DNA of 64,000 nucleotides from a virus (Duplodnaviria; Heunggongvirae; Uroviricota; Caudoviricetes): IMG/VR virus record IMGVR_UViG_3300042934_000212; one strand, 5' to 3'. Shown piece by piece: positions 63,520 to 64,000 of this stretch (position 1 is its first letter; each line of letters starts with the position of its first letter). The notes under the pieces were generated by a model. It saw only the letters and a program-made list of their open reading frames with translations, ran no database searches and was not told where the DNA came from. The position numbers and the translations under genes were made by a program.

Positions 63520-63954
63520 TTAAACCGTACCCGCCAGGATCTCGCCTACGCGATCAAGTTCAAAGCGGTCAACAAAGTTCCCTTTGTCAGTTTTCATCCG
63601 GCACATATACCAGGCATCACCTTCAAACACATAGCGAATAATGTTTTTGTTTGCGTGAAGAAACATAAACCATGAATCAGTAGTTTGTGGCTCTGTGCCA
63701 GTTTCACCACGATCACGCCCATAAGCTACAGTGCAACCGTCAACGCGTCGTGCGTAAGTGTGACCGTCTGGACACTCAATTGATTTATCCAGTACTGACA
63801 GATCACCCAGGGCGATTAATGCTTTTGCACGTTCTGCATCGTTGTAATGCTCTACCAACATGCGGCCAGCGTGACCGATATAGCCATCATAGTTTACAGA
63901 TGACCATGTAACTTTTTCGCCGTCTTTGATTGCAATGATTGCTGGAGTACCCAT
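63520..63954 (-). CDS. hypothetical protein
   Basis: 144-aa ORF followed by the conserved TTAATTGAGAGGAT RBS of the next gene. Confidence 0.4.
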   Translation of the reverse strand: MGTPAIIAIKDGEKVTWSSVNYDGYIGHAGRMLVEHYNDAERAKALIALGDLSVLDKSIECPDGHTYARRVDGCTVAYGRDRGETGTEPQTTDSWFMFLHANKNIIRYVFEGDAWYMCRMKTDKGNFVDRFELDRVGEILAGTV

Positions 63955-64000
63955 TTTTAAATCCTCTCAATTAAAAGTAACATCGTCTCGTTTCGATATA

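Noticed and set aside
319-63911. Most plus-strand ORFs in the track (e.g. 319..522, 1657..1911, 4477..4767, 17561..17893, 22605..23195, 28323..28550, 33498..33680, 41425..41706, 54146..54550, 55470..55694, 58417..58701, 63687..63911)
   Set aside because: They lie antisense to, and fully inside, longer minus-strand ORFs that have recognisable domains or proper RBS and coupling. They have no SD and odd composition (poly-Ala/Ser from GC-rich antisense). Treated as shadow ORFs; only 12189..13094 (+) is accepted.
48200-64000. CRISPR array
   Set aside because: Repeats are ~55-170 bp, degenerate and separated by 250-900-bp protein-coding genes with their own RBS. They are not 25-40-bp direct repeats with 30-40-bp spacers, and no cas genes are present.
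1-64000. Integrase, transposase or IS element
   Set aside because: No ORF shows tyrosine/serine recombinase or DDE motifs. The repeats are regulatory cassettes rather than terminal inverted repeats of an IS.

Overview
This window looks like a segment of a T4-like (Tevenvirinae-type) myophage genome, read from sequence only. Almost every gene is on the minus strand and tightly packed, often with 1-4 nt start/stop overlaps. The one exception is a plus-strand Ig-like (Big_2) gene. Recognisable T4-type core and early genes are phoH (PIN-PhoH), dCMP deaminase (cd), DNA ligase (gene 30), polynucleotide kinase (pseT), RNA ligase 1 (rnlA), a Dam-family N6-adenine methyltransferase and MazG-like NTP pyrophosphatases. 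These are interspersed with many small hypothetical early-type genes. Three things stand out. (1) A compact NAD+/nucleotide-signalling counter-defence island at ~6.1-11.9 kb. It holds a Nudix hydrolase, a Sir2 sirtuin, an Acb1-like 2H phosphoesterase, nicotinamide phosphoribosyltransferase (NadV-like) and a bifunctional NMN adenylyltransferase/Nudix (NatV-like), i.e. a KVP40-style NAD+ salvage pathway. nadV and natV share a near-identical structured 5' leader. (2) A tandem array of at least 8 translationally coupled paralogous genes (42.7-47.8 kb) sharing a [YF]FQx[LM]T motif; I do not recognise this family. (3) A hyperplastic region (48.2-64 kb) of small genes each bracketed by repeated regulatory cassettes that resemble the described PeSL (promoter-early stem-loop) elements. 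These cassettes are an early sigma70-like promoter carrying twin AGTACT palindromes, a conserved CGCACCC-N-TGGG box and UUCG-tetraloop intrinsic terminators. One copy carries a perfect 16-bp inverted repeat and consensus plus-strand TTGACA-N17-CATAAT promoters. The same region holds GC-richer, host-like cargo genes, including a possible DUF932-family protein and an SPFH/band-7 protein. Other notable items are a stand-alone SpoT/Mesh1-type HD (p)ppGpp hydrolase-like gene, several minimal nucleotidyltransferase-fold proteins, a ClpP-like protease, two metallophosphatases and a ~650-bp ORF-free gap (36.83-37.49 kb). All homology statements come from motif recognition by eye, not from searches.
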